Notes under the pieces: generated by a model
Database searches by the model: none
What the model saw: only the letters and a program-made list of their open reading frames with translations
Told to the model about the DNA's origin: nothing
Position numbers and translations under genes: made by a program
From: Eledone cirrhosa
Taxonomy: Eukaryota
DNA length: 64,000 bases
Assembly: GCA_964016885.1 (NCBI GenBank)
Contig: OZ024749.1
Coordinates: forward strand, 39,184,001-39,248,000
Reading direction: 5' to 3'
In this document: in pieces, positions 12,551 through 26,265 of the stretch
How positions within the stretch are numbered: position 1 is the first letter of the stretch
How the letters are laid out: every line of letters starts with the position of its first letter

Positions 12551-12673
12551 TTAATCTGTTATTTTAATAAATATATATATATATATATACGTTATTCCGG
12601 GTTGAATCGGAGGTAACCACAGTAAGTAAGGTACTCAATACATTGCAGAGAATAAACGTTTTAATATAGATGA

Positions 12674-12719
12674 GATTCTACAGGACTAGAACTGTTTCAT
12701 TCTTTAGAAATCATCAGGA

Positions 12720-12722
<3 letters not shown>
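12674..12722 (-). ncRNA. Type I hammerhead ribozyme motif (family B, element 12590-12722)
   Basis: GATTC|CTGATGA|TTTCTAAAGAAT|GAA|ACAG(TTCTAGTC)CTGT|A|GAATC: canonical core, 5-bp stem I, 4-bp stem III, GUA triplet. Confidence 0.8.
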
Positions 12723-12809
<87 letters not shown>

Positions 12810-13034
12810 TATATATGTATATATATGTATATTTACATTTATATATATATATATGAATATGTATGTATATATATTTACATATATATGTATATATGTATAT
12901 ATATATATGAATATGTATATATGTGTGTGCGTGTGTGTGTATGTATATACATATAAATATATATATATTTTATATATATATATATATATTTCGTTTCTGA
13001 ATTTCTTATTGGCAACATGACCCCCCCAAAGCAT

Positions 13035-13105
<71 letters not shown>

Positions 13106-13426
13106 TATATATCAACTATTATTAGTCATCTGTATACTGACGTATATATGCAGGAAAGAGAGAGAGAGAGTGAGGGAGGGAGTTCTTTATTTACGTTGAT
13201 ATTTGGGTCAACTAGTGGTTCGACAAACGGAGATCGATAAAATTAGAACCATGGTCGATAAGATCATCTATAACCATTCATAGCCGTGCCCCAGCATGAC
13301 CTCGGTCCAAGGATTGATCTCAGTAAAAGATTAAAAGAATAGTGATAATATATATATTAGTTATATATATATATATATATATTATTTATAACTATATCAT
13401 CATTATTCCTTTAATATATACACATA

Positions 13427-13480
<54 letters not shown>

Positions 13481-13487
13481 TATATAA

Positions 13488-13627
13488 CGAAGGAAATGTG
13501 GTAAGGAACCAGGAGGACCATAACGCACCAAAGTACTCAATACTTAGGGTAGTAGAGTGGGTAATTCTGTACAGAATTAGCCGTCGAAACGGCTTGAGCT
13601 CAGCCGTCGGGGTCTTACTTGTTCCTA
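13488..13627. mobile_element. PLE-terminus family A with inversion junction at ~13565
   Basis: 13488-13565 matches the reverse complement of 9808-9887; 13570-13627 matches the forward 9752-9808. Confidence 0.7.
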
Positions 13628-13643
13628 TAAATATATATATATA

Positions 13644-13697
<54 letters not shown>

Positions 13698-13741
13698 GAG
13701 GTTATATTTAATTTGTTGGGATTCAAATATATATATGAATG

Positions 13742-13795
<54 letters not shown>

Positions 13796-14393
13796 CATAC
13801 ATATTAATAAAGACGAGTAGAAAGAAAAATAAATGATATTTATATAAAATAATAGAAGAGAAGTTAAGAACAACCATGATAAGACAATGAGTGCTGATTG
13901 TAATAAGCCTGCCTACAAAACTATATTTGCGAAGAGAAAGAAAGAATGAGATTTGTCAAGTACCTGCAGCTTTTCTCAAAGAGATTCCTACTATGATTGC
14001 TATCATTGGTCGGTTTTTCCAATCAATAAATATACGTCGCCGTCCTATTCTCAGCAATCTCTGATGCACGGCATTTTTCTACAAGCATTCATATAAATCA
14101 AACCTGGAGAAATACAAAAGACAGTATCATTTTACTATTATTAGAATTTTTTATTATCATTATTATATACACTGTGTTCTTCATTTTATCAAGTTACATA
14201 TCTTTATCTGTATCTTTATCTATATATAAAAAAAAAATAAATATAAATATAAATATACTGTTTTATAAGCAACATACGTTTACACGGAAACAAAGCTATA
14301 TATATCATCATTATCATCAACATCATTTTACGACCGCTTTCTCTGCTAGCAAGAGTTTTATAAAAAAAAATATTCACACTTTTACACACGCAT

Positions 14394-14472
<79 letters not shown>

Positions 14473-14989
14473 CATGCATTATAGTTTTGTTTTAAAAGAA
14501 ACAAAAACAAAAACTAAAAATGAAAGTAAAAAATAACTGAAAAACCTACACACAACCCCCTTCATTAAACATTTATAAACAGTTTGACTATTTTCTTTGA
14601 TTTTTTTTCTCTTCGAAAGAAACAAAAAGACATACCACTGACCATATATATATTTGTATTCTTCAACTTATATGAGATACCCGACACATTGATTTATAAC
14701 AAGGACAAAGGTTATTAATGAAACATTACAGCTCTATATTAATACCGATGTATCGATATATATATATATATATATATATATGAGAAGTTCTTCAACAGGT
14801 AAGAAACTTTTGTATATTTTTAATATTGATGATGATTTTATGTTATTTGTTTAGAAAGTTTGATATGTTGCTATTGTTAATAATGATTTTAATTATTTGT
14901 GAGATGTAAGATGTTTGAACACTAAAGCAATTACAAACATCTAAAACACGCACAAGTACTCTTAACTTTACTGCATATTTATCATTTGT

Positions 14990-15200
14990 GAAGGCGTGTG
15001 GCTGAGTGGTTAGCGAATTGGATTCGCAATCATGAGGTTGTGAGTTCGATTCCCGGACCGGGCAATGCGTTATGTCCTTTAGCAAGACACTTTATTTACG
15101 TTGCTCCTTTTACCTGGAGTTGCGACCAATAAATAGTATTAGCAATTGGAAAGACCAATGGAAACATTGATTCCTCGTCCCGATTTGACGAAAGTCCATC
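14990..15200 (+). mobile_element. tRNA-derived SINE family T
   Basis: A box TGGCTGAGTGG, B box GAGTTCGATTCC, followed by gtcctt(g)agcaagacactt; near-identical copy at 19395-19610. Confidence 0.85.
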
Positions 15201-15487
15201 GTTCCTTCCTTTCTTTATCATTTATTTATGGCGCTAAAATTTTTGTCGCAATGTCTGCAACCTGATAACTGATACAGTTTCACTTTAGCTGACTTGAAAC
15301 TAGGAACTGTATCAGTGACCATGTCGCAGTTAGCGCGACGATCATTTGATACCAGGAAGTAAACGATAAATATGAAGTAATTTTAGAAGTTTTTTGTGTT
15401 ATGATATGGCTAAAAGTCTCTTCTACGCTGTAATTCTTTTTTTTTCCCAATCAAGACATTGTAATGAGAACAAAATATTAGTAAAAT

Positions 15488-15600
15488 AATTGTTTATACT
15501 TTTGGCCCAAGGCCAGCAATTACCCCAGTGCAATACTGGTACTTTATTTTATCGACCCCGTAAGGATGAAGTTAACCTCGGTGGGATTTGAACTATGCTG
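15488..15600 (-). mobile_element. 5'-truncated SINE family M
   Basis: Target-site duplication aaatattagtaaaataat at ~15473 and 15602. Confidence 0.8.
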
Positions 15601-15849
15601 CAAATATTAGTAAAATAATGATCATCGGCACCATTATGATACATAGCTTGTCTTGAGTATTTTAAAACTGGCGGGGCACGCATCCCTTTCTGGGGTCTGC
15701 CAACACAGCCGTTTTCTTTTGATGAGAAAGAGAAGAGTCGACTCTAGTACTAGATGAGTATTTTATTTATCGACCCCGAAAGGATGAAAGGCAAGTTAAC
15801 CCCGGCAACATTTGAACTCAGGGTGTATAGAGTCTGAATAAACATGGCA

Positions 15850-17080
15850 AACCATTCAAAGCTTCGTTTGCTTTCAAAGAACAGAATTGATGGAGATTGT
15901 ACATCCTTCTTCCCTCTCCCACTTGGGGTTCAAAGCAGGCGCGAAAAGTCGTCGCTGCAGAGACAGTAATGTCAAATATGGGAGTACTTTGGGGTTAAGA
16001 TGGAATCCAACTTTAGATCAGCATATAAAATATTCTGTCAGATCATCCGCCGACTTTGTAATAAGAAGTTGTGATCTGCGGTTCTTAGTCAAAGTGGATC
16101 CTAGGTACATAAAGGTGGCTACATCTTCACGATGTCCTTCGTTAAACACTCTGTTTGTTGCTATATTCTTTTTATGACTACTAACCAGAATCTTGGTCTT
16201 TTCTGAGCTTATCTCCATTCCGGTTGCTCTTGACACTTTTCCCAGTGAGCTCCTGGGAGATGTTATCTACACCTGAGGATTTTCCGTCTTTGAACATGCT
16301 TAATATTCAGACCATATTTAAATGATATTAGTCTAATCTGTGAGGAACAAGTCTGTCTTGCCCTTAATGACAGTGATGATATGTTGCTTTGTTTTCGTTA
16401 ACATTTTGAGGGTTTCATAAGCAGCCTTGTTGTTGCCCTGTTTTTTTTTCATCCACGCTTATGTGTTTCGCACTGACATGTTAATCACTTATATTTGGCT
16501 TCTCTCATTTTCTTCCTAACCTTCCTATACACAGAGTTGTATTGCTTTCTTGCCTCATGACTCGTTTACTTAATCACCCTCGGGTCCTGTCTTAAATTAC
16601 ATACGTATATAGTTTCTTTTTCCTTCTTCTCCCCAGGACTTCTAGTGCTGTTTCATGATATTTTCTACTAGAAGGGTGACGGCTGCAAACCCACCATCTA
16701 CGTTGCAAATTTGGGGTCTTTTAGTTTGTGTATATCAAACCTAATATGTGCAGTGTAGCTCCTTTCTTATGGATCTTTTTCAGAAAAAGAAATTCAGTGT
16801 CATCTGAACCAAACCACAGTTACAGTTGAGATCCGTATCAGAGAAGGTTCTACTACTCGCCTTATTGATACTGAACCAGTGAGATGTGCAGATCAAATCA
16901 ATTCGGCCTTGCCATTACGTGCATGTCATGTTTTTCTCTCTTAAGCCACACACATCCACGGTGTGTTGTACTGTAAAGACTTGCATGTTACTAAATAGGT
17001 TTGCAAATCTTATAAAGGAAAAGACTGAAGATTTGTATCTGGTCAGCGTGAGGCGTCTAGAACTTTAGCTTTGCTATCAA
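15850..17080 (-). mobile_element. Decayed RTE-clade LINE (APE C-terminus and RT C-terminus)
   Basis: GMEISSEKTKILV...VATFMYLGSTLTKN at 16018-16236; degenerate TWHA.NG...IDLI motif near 16900. Confidence 0.7.
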
Positions 17081-17128
17081 CAGTTAACTAAAGGAAAGCA
17101 GTTAAAGCTGCAGGCTGCATATTTACGT

Positions 17129-17165
<37 letters not shown>

Positions 17166-17311
17166 AATATATATATAAGTATATACACACATTTACATAT
17201 ATATGTACATATTTACGTGTATATATATAAATACATATATATATATATATATATCTATATATACATATATACACATACACATACATATATATATATATTT
17301 ATATATATATA

Positions 17312-17389
<78 letters not shown>

Positions 17390-17445
17390 GCGTGTGTATG
17401 TATGTGTATGTATGTGTATATATATATATATTCACACATACATAC

Positions 17446-17511
<66 letters not shown>

Positions 17512-17514
<3 letters not shown>

Positions 17515-17694
17515 AAGAGAATCAACACCCCGACGGCTTAGTTCCGGCCGTTTCGACAGCTAGATCTAGCTGTCGAAACGGCAGGGGCTCAGCCGTCGGG
17601 ATCCTGACTCTTTTCCTATTACCTACTCTACTACCCTAAGTATTGAGTACTCTGGTGCGTTATGGTCCATCTGATTCCCTACCACAATCCCTTT

Positions 17695-17698
<4 letters not shown>
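17512..17698 (+). mobile_element. PLE-terminus family A, imperfect fold-back
   Basis: gccgtttcgacagctagatctagctgtcgaaacggc palindrome followed by the family A tail, in (TA)n. Confidence 0.75.
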
Positions 17699-17747
<49 letters not shown>

Positions 17748-17835
17748 GGAAAGTTATATTTAAAATTGTTGGGTTACAACTAGTAAATATTTATAACTGA
17801 TATAAAAGCACTCGACAAGTATTTGGAGTATATTT

Positions 17836-18124
17836 ACAATATTAAATAAATGGAAACTATATTTATAAAACCATATTTATTTCATTATATATATTTCGGG
17901 GATATCATATTAACAATATGCTATGCCTTCCTCAGACAAAATACAACCTCTTCAAATGCAAGTCGGTGTTGTTACGGTATGTCGAATCTATTTATCTATA
18001 AAACTGTTTATATTGTATTTTGTCTGAGGAAGGCATAGCATATTGTTAATATGATATCCCCGAAATATATATAATGAAATAAATATGGTTTTATAAATAT
18101 AGTTTCCATTTATTTAATATTGTA
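17836..18124. repeat. Inverted repeat with ~110-bp arms and ~65-bp spacer
   Basis: 17836-17946 is the reverse complement of 18014-18124. Confidence 0.85.
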
Positions 18125-18281
18125 TATATATATATATATATATTAGAAAGTGAGTTTTGGGGGGTTTTTTTACAAAATTTAAAAAAAACGAGATGTCCTA
18201 CACGAGTGAAAGTATAAGGAGAAAAGATGAAATCGAAAATGCAACTGGAGTCTTTTTTAAAAAATATATATATATTTGGTT

Positions 18282-18319
18282 CCTCTACCGGTTTCGCAGT
18301 TCTTGTGCTTTTCAAAAGT
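18282..18319 (-). ncRNA. Minimal hammerhead motif (family E), slightly degenerate
   Basis: ACTT|TTGAAAA|GCACAAGAACTGC|GAAA|CCGG|TA|GAGG; homologous to 25140-25177. Confidence 0.6.
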
Positions 18320-18369
18320 AGAATTGAGATGGAGGGTTTGTGGTTTTTCTCGCATCGTATATATATATA

Positions 18370-18761
18370 TTGGTAAACGGAATAGAAAATGCTGACAAAT
18401 TGTTCACAGTTGAAAAATGGTTTAATTAGGAATAAAAGAGTATTAGTGATTGTATGGGTTAGTATTCAGTTGTGGTTTTAAGTTTTTAAGTTTTTACCGG
18501 TTGCGCATTTCTAAATGCTTTTCAAAAATAATTTTGAGATAGAGTGTCCGTGCTGTTTGCTCGGATCAGAGCAAACAGCACGGACACTCTATCTCAAAAT
18601 TATTTTTGAAAATCATTTAGAAATGCGCAACCGGTAAAAACTTAAAAACTTAAAACCACAACTGAATACTAACCCATACAATCACTAATACTCTTTTATT
18701 CCTAATTAAACCATTTTTCAACTGTGAACAATTTGTCAGCATTTTCTATTCCGTTTACCAA
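18370..18761. repeat. Near-perfect ~390-bp palindrome of a hammerhead-like element in (TA)n
   Basis: Arms of about 195 bp centred on gctcggatcagagc (~18565); a single-arm copy lies at 10816-11011. Confidence 0.9.
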
Positions 18762-18796
18762 TATATAATAACTTGTGTGTTACACCTCTATTCTTT

Positions 18797-18904
<108 letters not shown>

Positions 18905-19008
18905 CCCACATATATACATATATATATATGTATACATATTCACATACACTCTCAAATATATAATAGATATATGTATAAAGCTCTCTCTCTATATCTGTGT
19001 GTGTGGTG

Positions 19009-19165
<157 letters not shown>

Positions 19166-19394
19166 CTACACACGCACATATATAGTGAGAGAGATTTATA
19201 TACATATATATATATATATACACTATATATTTGAGAGTGCATGTGTGTATGTATGTCACTGGAACACTCTGAAACGGTGCGTTCTAGAGAAAAACAGATT
19301 TGCCTTTCCAAATCTGTGTCCCAAGGGAAAGGTTTTGGGGCTTATGGTGTTTCGTAATTCCGAAAAGAATAAAAAAAATATATATATATATTAG

Positions 19395-19610
19395 TGAAGG
19401 TGTGTGGCTGAGTGGTTAGAGAATTGGTTTCACAATCTTGAGGTTGTGAGTTCGATTCCTGGACCGGGCGATGCGTTATGTCCTTGAGCAAGACACTTTA
19501 TTTCACGTTGCTCCTTCTACCTGGAGTTGCGACCGATAGATAGTATTAGCAACTGGAAAGACCGACGAAAACATTGTTTCCTCGGTCCGATTTGACGAAA
19601 GTCGATCGAT
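19395..19610 (+). mobile_element. tRNA-derived SINE family T
   Basis: Homologous to 14990-15200. Confidence 0.85.
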
Positions 19611-20443
19611 CCTTTTTATATATATAAAATAGTATTAACAATCAGTGTTACTGTGATAATTTAAGTTGTGTGGCTTTAATTGATCGTCTAATGCATTCTT
19701 TCAACCTGACCCTATTATTCCGTCCATCCATGCCGTCAGCATGAGGCATTGATTTCATTATAAGGCAGAGAGTTGTCATCACAGAGATCATCAGGTCTTT
19801 ACATGAAGACACTCACGCTAAAGTACACAACAAGCCACTGATACCATTTTAACATACAGCTCCACTGAGTTTATTTTCATAGAAACCGCATTGGAGGCGA
19901 TGGACTATGGTCGAGGACGGACCACAGGGAAGAAGTAACGCGAGATAAGGCACAGGGGAAACGTGGTCTGATATGGAATAAAAACAATTGAGAGGCATTT
20001 TAAAGTGAAAATTGCCCGGCAATGTCGGGCTACTCTGATTCCCTTGTCCGGAATTTTCTGGTTAAGGCTTTATTATTAATCGATTATCAACGGATTCTTC
20101 ACATAATTTGAAACAGTACTGTACCAGCTTAGACGTGGACTTGTGTACGCTGCCGGGTGTTTTGTAGATATTGTCTGTTTCAATTGATGAAATTGTGAGT
20201 ACTCTAACGTATTCGCATGTTAATCTGTCAATACAATAATTACACTGTCTTCATAGCTTAGGCTTCTGGCTGGGAATGTTGTATTACAAACAATCCAATG
20301 CGTCTGCTCCAAATGAATTTGTTGAGCAAATTGTAAATAACGAGATCGAAATCACTGGACATCGATCTAAACCATTATTGTGTGTGTGTGTGTGTCTGTG
20401 TGTGTGTGTGTGTGTGTGTCTGTGTCTGTGTGTCTGTGTGTCT

Positions 20444-20505
<62 letters not shown>

Positions 20506-20527
20506 ATGTCTGTGTGTGTGTGTGTGT

Positions 20528-20597
<70 letters not shown>

Positions 20598-21251
20598 TCC
20601 TGTCTGTCTGTCTGTGTGTGTGTGTGTCCATGAGTAAAACATTTCATTTCAGATTACTCCAGTCCACCCAGGAAATAATCTAATTGTATCTGTAATTCAA
20701 GGGGCCTGCCTTGTCATACATTGTGTCACGTTGAATGCCTCAGAGAGTAACATTAAAGCTCCAGGTGTCTGGGGAGTATTCAGCCACTTGAGTGTTAATT
20801 TCACTAACAGGCTCTTTAAACAACCGGAACACTCGAGTGTGAGGACGGCACCCTACGACTCTATAAGGAGGGGTTACGTTACGGGCTTTTCCTTATCCAA
20901 CACTGATCAATGTCCCGTATACAGATCAACCAACATTATTCCTGTGTTCTGGCTAAAGTCATTTCTAGATACTTATACATCAAAACTCTATCGAAATTCT
21001 ACATCCCACTTTAAGCCTTCATCTGTAAACATTGATATGAATCCAATATAATTATATTGACGTAATCGATTTATTGAACCAGCGTGTGACTACTCGAGAA
21101 GCAAGAGTTATAAAGAAAAAGTAAAAACTGGAAATATAAAGTAAATTACGAATTAAACGAGGAAAAAGACGATCAATAAGACTGAAGGTGAGAAACCAAG
21201 AAATATAATTATGCCCATTTATCTACCTATCTAGCTATTTACCACCTCTTT

Positions 21252-21399
<148 letters not shown>

Positions 21400-21502
21400 G
21401 TATATATATATGTATATATATGTATATATATATGTATATATGTATATATGTATGTATGCATGTATATATATTTATATATATTTATATATATATGTATGTA
21501 TG

Positions 21503-21589
<87 letters not shown>

Positions 21590-21720
21590 GCATATATACG
21601 TACATACGTCCGGTCATCCACCCATTCACACACACATACATACATACATGCATGCATACATACATACATACATACATACATACATACATACATACATACA
21701 TACATACATACATTCATACA

Positions 21721-21754
<34 letters not shown>

Positions 21755-22029
21755 CATACATACATACATACATATATATATATACATGCAACCTTCTACG
21801 AGAGCAGTCGCACATATGGCGTGGAAGACTATTCGTTAAATAGTCATTAAATTCAAGATGAATACTATCTCCGACAGTAATGCCACAGCGTCTAAATGTG
21901 TTGAATAACTGAATATTCTTCTAATTGTACTCATTGAAAACAGCTTTTATTTGAAATCATAGAGATATCCGTCTAGATACTGACTCAACACACCAACATC
22001 AACAACATTAGTTGAGAGTAAAAAACAAC

Positions 22030-22700
22030 AACGAGAAAAGTAAACAAAATTTCTTTAGTTGTAGCTACTGAAGGAACCAAAACCTTAAATCGGACTTTTC
22101 TTGGAGTTACGAACTTAATAATGATTTATTTAATTGTTATAAAACGGCAAAAATAGATCCCTCTGTAGGCTATATGGACATAATGAAGCTATACTGGGAC
22201 GAAATACACCCAGAACTAAATCACTTCATAGCCAAACAATTACGCTAAGCACAGTTTGTGGAACGTAAAAATAACATAAACATTATTGAAAACAAGGTTC
22301 CCAGATCGAACATGCAATCAACACGTGCCTCAGGCTGCCATGTTACTCGGCTTTCTACCAACCAGGCCAATCATCAACAAACAACAGCAATATACAAACA
22401 GTCTCTTGAAACAGCCCTGTGGGTAAGGAATTTGATACCACGTTTATCAACTGATTTTACCTCGACTTCTATGATATTTCGCAGTGACGTTGAACATCAA
22501 CATCAAAATATTATCAGTGATAATACGTCTGCCATTAGTTAGGAAAGTCAAGAGTATAAACAAACAAAAATATATGTTTGGAGACAGTACAACCGGAACT
22601 CTTCAATACAATAATTGAGAGCTGCCAGCGAAACACTTCGATACCAGAAGACGGTGGCTAAAAGAAAAATAATTGATAAAGATTCAGTCGAAACCAAGCA
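22030..22700 (+). mobile_element. Decayed non-LTR retrotransposon N-terminal region (R4/NeSL-like)
   Basis: Translation DLFNCYKTAKIDPSVGYMDIMKLYWDEIHPELNHFIAKQLR* resembles the GY...W...HP...QL motif of RLE-type elements; judged by eye. Confidence 0.45.
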
Positions 22701-22716
22701 CAAATCTATAGAGATT

Positions 22717-23850
22717 TGAGGAGTGAAGTAATAAATGTCACTGAAGTCGCATCCCAGAAAGACATAGATACATAGATTCCTTCTGGGAGAAAATATGGGG
22801 TGAAGAAAAGACATTCAACCAAGATGCAATGAGGAGTGAAGTAATAAATGTCACTGAAGCCGCATCCCAGAAAGACATAGATACATAGATTCCTTCTGGG
22901 GGAAAATATGGGGTGAAGAAAAGACATTCAACCAAGATGCAATGAGGAGTGAAGTAATAAATGTCACTGAAGTCGCATCCCAGAAAGACATAGATACATA
23001 GATTCCTTCTGGGGGAAAATATGGGGTGAAGAAAAGACATTCAACCAAGATGCAATGAGGAGTGAAGTAATAAATGTCACTGAAGTCGCATCCCAGAAAG
23101 ACATAGATACATAGATTCCTTCTGGGGGAAAATATGGGGTGAAGAAAAGACATTCAACCAAGATGCAATGAGGAGTGAAGTAATAAATGTCACTGAAGTC
23201 GCATCCCAGAAAGACATAGATACATAGATTCCTTCTGGGGAAAAATATGGGGTGAAGAAAAGACATTCAACCAAGATGCAATGAGGAGTGAAGTAATAAA
23301 TGTCACTGAAGTCGCATCCCAGAAAGACATAGATACATAGATTCCTTCTGGGGAAAAATATGGGGTGAAGAAAAGACATTCAACCAAGATGCAATGAGGA
23401 GTGAAGTAATAAATGTCACTGAAGTCGCATCCCAGAAAGACATAGATACATAGATTCCTTCTGGGGGAAAATATGGGGTGAAGAAAAGACATTCAACCAA
23501 GATTCAATGAGGAGTGAAGTAATAAATGTCACTGAAGTCACATCCCAGAAAGACATAGATACATAGATTCCTTCTGGGGAAAATATGGGGTGAAGAAAAG
23601 ACATTCAACCAAGATTCAATGAGGAGTGAAGTAATAAATGTCACTGAAGTCACATCCCAGAAAGACATAGAAACATAGATTCCTTCTGGGGAAAGATATG
23701 GGGTGAAGAAAAGACATTCAACCAAGATGCAATGAGGAGTGAAGTAATAAATGTCACTGAAGTCGCATCCCAGAAAGACATAGATACATAGATTCCTTCT
23801 GGGGAAAAATATGGGGTGAAGAAAAGACATTCAACCAAGATGCAATGAGG
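22717..23850. repeat. 113-bp tandem repeat, about 10 near-identical copies
   Basis: Unit starts tgaggagtgaagtaataaatgtcactgaag; the ORF track is offset by 113 per copy. Confidence 0.97.
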
Positions 23851-24034
23851 CTGAAAGGTATCCAAAAGAACTGCTGCCCCTGTACTATAACAAAACCACA
23901 CTGTATCAATGATGATACCCTTGAAACTGTGATAGGGAAACTTCAAGATTAGAAAATACCAGGTAGAGACTTAATTATCGGCTACTTTACTATCTGAGTT
24001 CAAATCCCGCCGAGGTTAACTTTTCCTTTCATCA

Positions 24035-24390
24035 CTAGTGGAGGTGTGTGATTATAATGGTGGTGGTGGTGATGCTACTGGTGGAGGTGTGTGGTTATAA
24101 TAGTGGTGGTGGTGGAATTAGTGGAGGTGTGTGGTTATAATGGTGGTGGTGGTGGTGGTGGTGGTGGTGGTGGAACTAGTGGAGGTGTGTGGTTATAATG
24201 GTAGTGGTGGTGGTGGTGGAACTAGTGGAGGTGTGTGGTTATAGTGGTGGTGGTGGTGGAACTAGTGGAGGTGTGTGGTTATAATGGTAGTGGTGGTGTT
24301 AGTGGTGGTAGTGGTGGTGGTGTTAGTGGTAGTGGTAGTGGTGTTAGTGGTGGTGGTGGTGGTGGTGGTAATTTTGATGATGATGATGTG
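24035..24390. repeat. Minisatellite actagtggaggtgtgtggttataat+(ggt)n, about 7 units, then (GTG/GTA)n
   Basis: Seen directly. Confidence 0.9.
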
Positions 24391-24597
24391 GAGGAGAAAG
24401 AGGAAGAAACATAAGAAGAAAGGTCGCAGAATTAAACGTAAAAAGCCATCCAGATATTCTCATTTGTATGAGTTTTCTATTAAAACTATTTCCCTTTTAA
24501 ATAAATCAAATTTGTATATTTTCCTCTGTTCCTTTCTATTGGTCACTTCTTTAAACGATTTTATCTGTTATTGATTTAGATCGATTATATACATATA

Positions 24598-24659
<62 letters not shown>

Positions 24660-24662
<3 letters not shown>

Positions 24663-24912
24663 GAGGTCGTGTGTCACGACAAAAAAACACACAGTCCACG
24701 CTGTAATGTGGCCGTGTAGGTAACACGGTAAAAACCTCCCAGTTCCACACTGTAAATGTGGTTGGTGTTAGGAAGGGCATCCAGCCGTAGAAAACCCGCC
24801 AGACAGTCCTATGCGAGCAAGACAACCACTCTTGCCTCAAGTGGGAAAACTCCCGTCCAAACCCATGCAAGCGTGGAATATGGACGTTAAACGATGATGA
24901 TGATGATGATGA
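24660..24912 (+). mobile_element. RTE LINE 3' UTR fragment with (GAT)n tail
   Basis: Near-identical to 55198-55465, which follows an RTE ORF end; further copies at ~55935-56180, ~57080-57423, and minus-strand at ~57470-57640 and ~61075-61280. Confidence 0.8.
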
Positions 24913-24936
24913 TATATATGTGTGTATATATATATA

Positions 24937-25069
<133 letters not shown>

Positions 25070-25139
25070 AAAAAGGGATGAAATCGAAAATGCAACTGAA
25101 GTCTTATTTTTTTTTAAATATATATATATTTATTTGGTT

Positions 25140-25177
25140 CCTTTACCGGTTTCGCAGTTCTTCTGCTTTTCAAAAGG
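25140..25177 (-). ncRNA. Minimal type I hammerhead ribozyme, U3-A8 variant (family E)
   Basis: CCTT|TTGAAAA|GCAG-AAGAA-CTGC|GAAA|CCGG|TA|AAGG. Stems I and II are perfect, stem III is the palindrome ACCGGT, and the triplet is GUA. Confidence 0.85.
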
Positions 25178-25201
25178 TGAGTTGAGATGGAGGGTCTGTG
25201 G

Positions 25202-25250
<49 letters not shown>

Positions 25251-25374
25251 ATATATTTTTTTCCCGTTCTTTGCCAAGGAACGTTTCGACGAACCAAAGT
25301 ATCATCTTCCTGTCTTCCTCCAGTTGCAACGTTTTTTGAAATATTCACTTCTGCGTTCACAGATTGACTTTGTT

Positions 25375-25425
25375 AGTTTCAGAAGATCCCGTTAAGGGTG
25401 AAAGCAGCGATTCTTTGCTTAAACT
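25375..25425 (+). ncRNA. Hammerhead motif with CAGAAGA core (family D)
   Basis: Identical to 12500-12550. Confidence 0.6.
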
Positions 25426-25465
25426 TTAATCTGTTATTTTAATAAATATTTGCTCTACAGTTCTT

Positions 25466-26080
<615 letters not shown>

Positions 26081-26206
26081 TATTGAAATTTCCGTTGAAA
26101 ACAGAAAAGGTCATAGAAGTGAAGAGTGCTCTATGTAAGTATCAGAGCAAAATTTAATGTATAAAAATCAATACAATATAATTACCTCATTACCAGAGGT
26201 TTCCCG

Positions 26207-26265
<59 letters not shown>

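Noticed and set aside
14990-15070. Possible tRNA genes at SINE heads
   Set aside because: A/B boxes are present, but they continue into SINE body sequence in multiple dispersed copies and I could not fold a complete cloverleaf.
18018-18080. CTGAGGA...hairpin...GAAA hammerhead candidate in the inverted repeat arm
   Set aside because: No stem I partner can be formed in register with a UH cleavage site; at most a degenerate relic.
22717-23850. Possible CRISPR array (also 62153-62658 and 24035-24300)
   Set aside because: The units are contiguous with no unique spacers, there are no cas genes and the context is eukaryotic.
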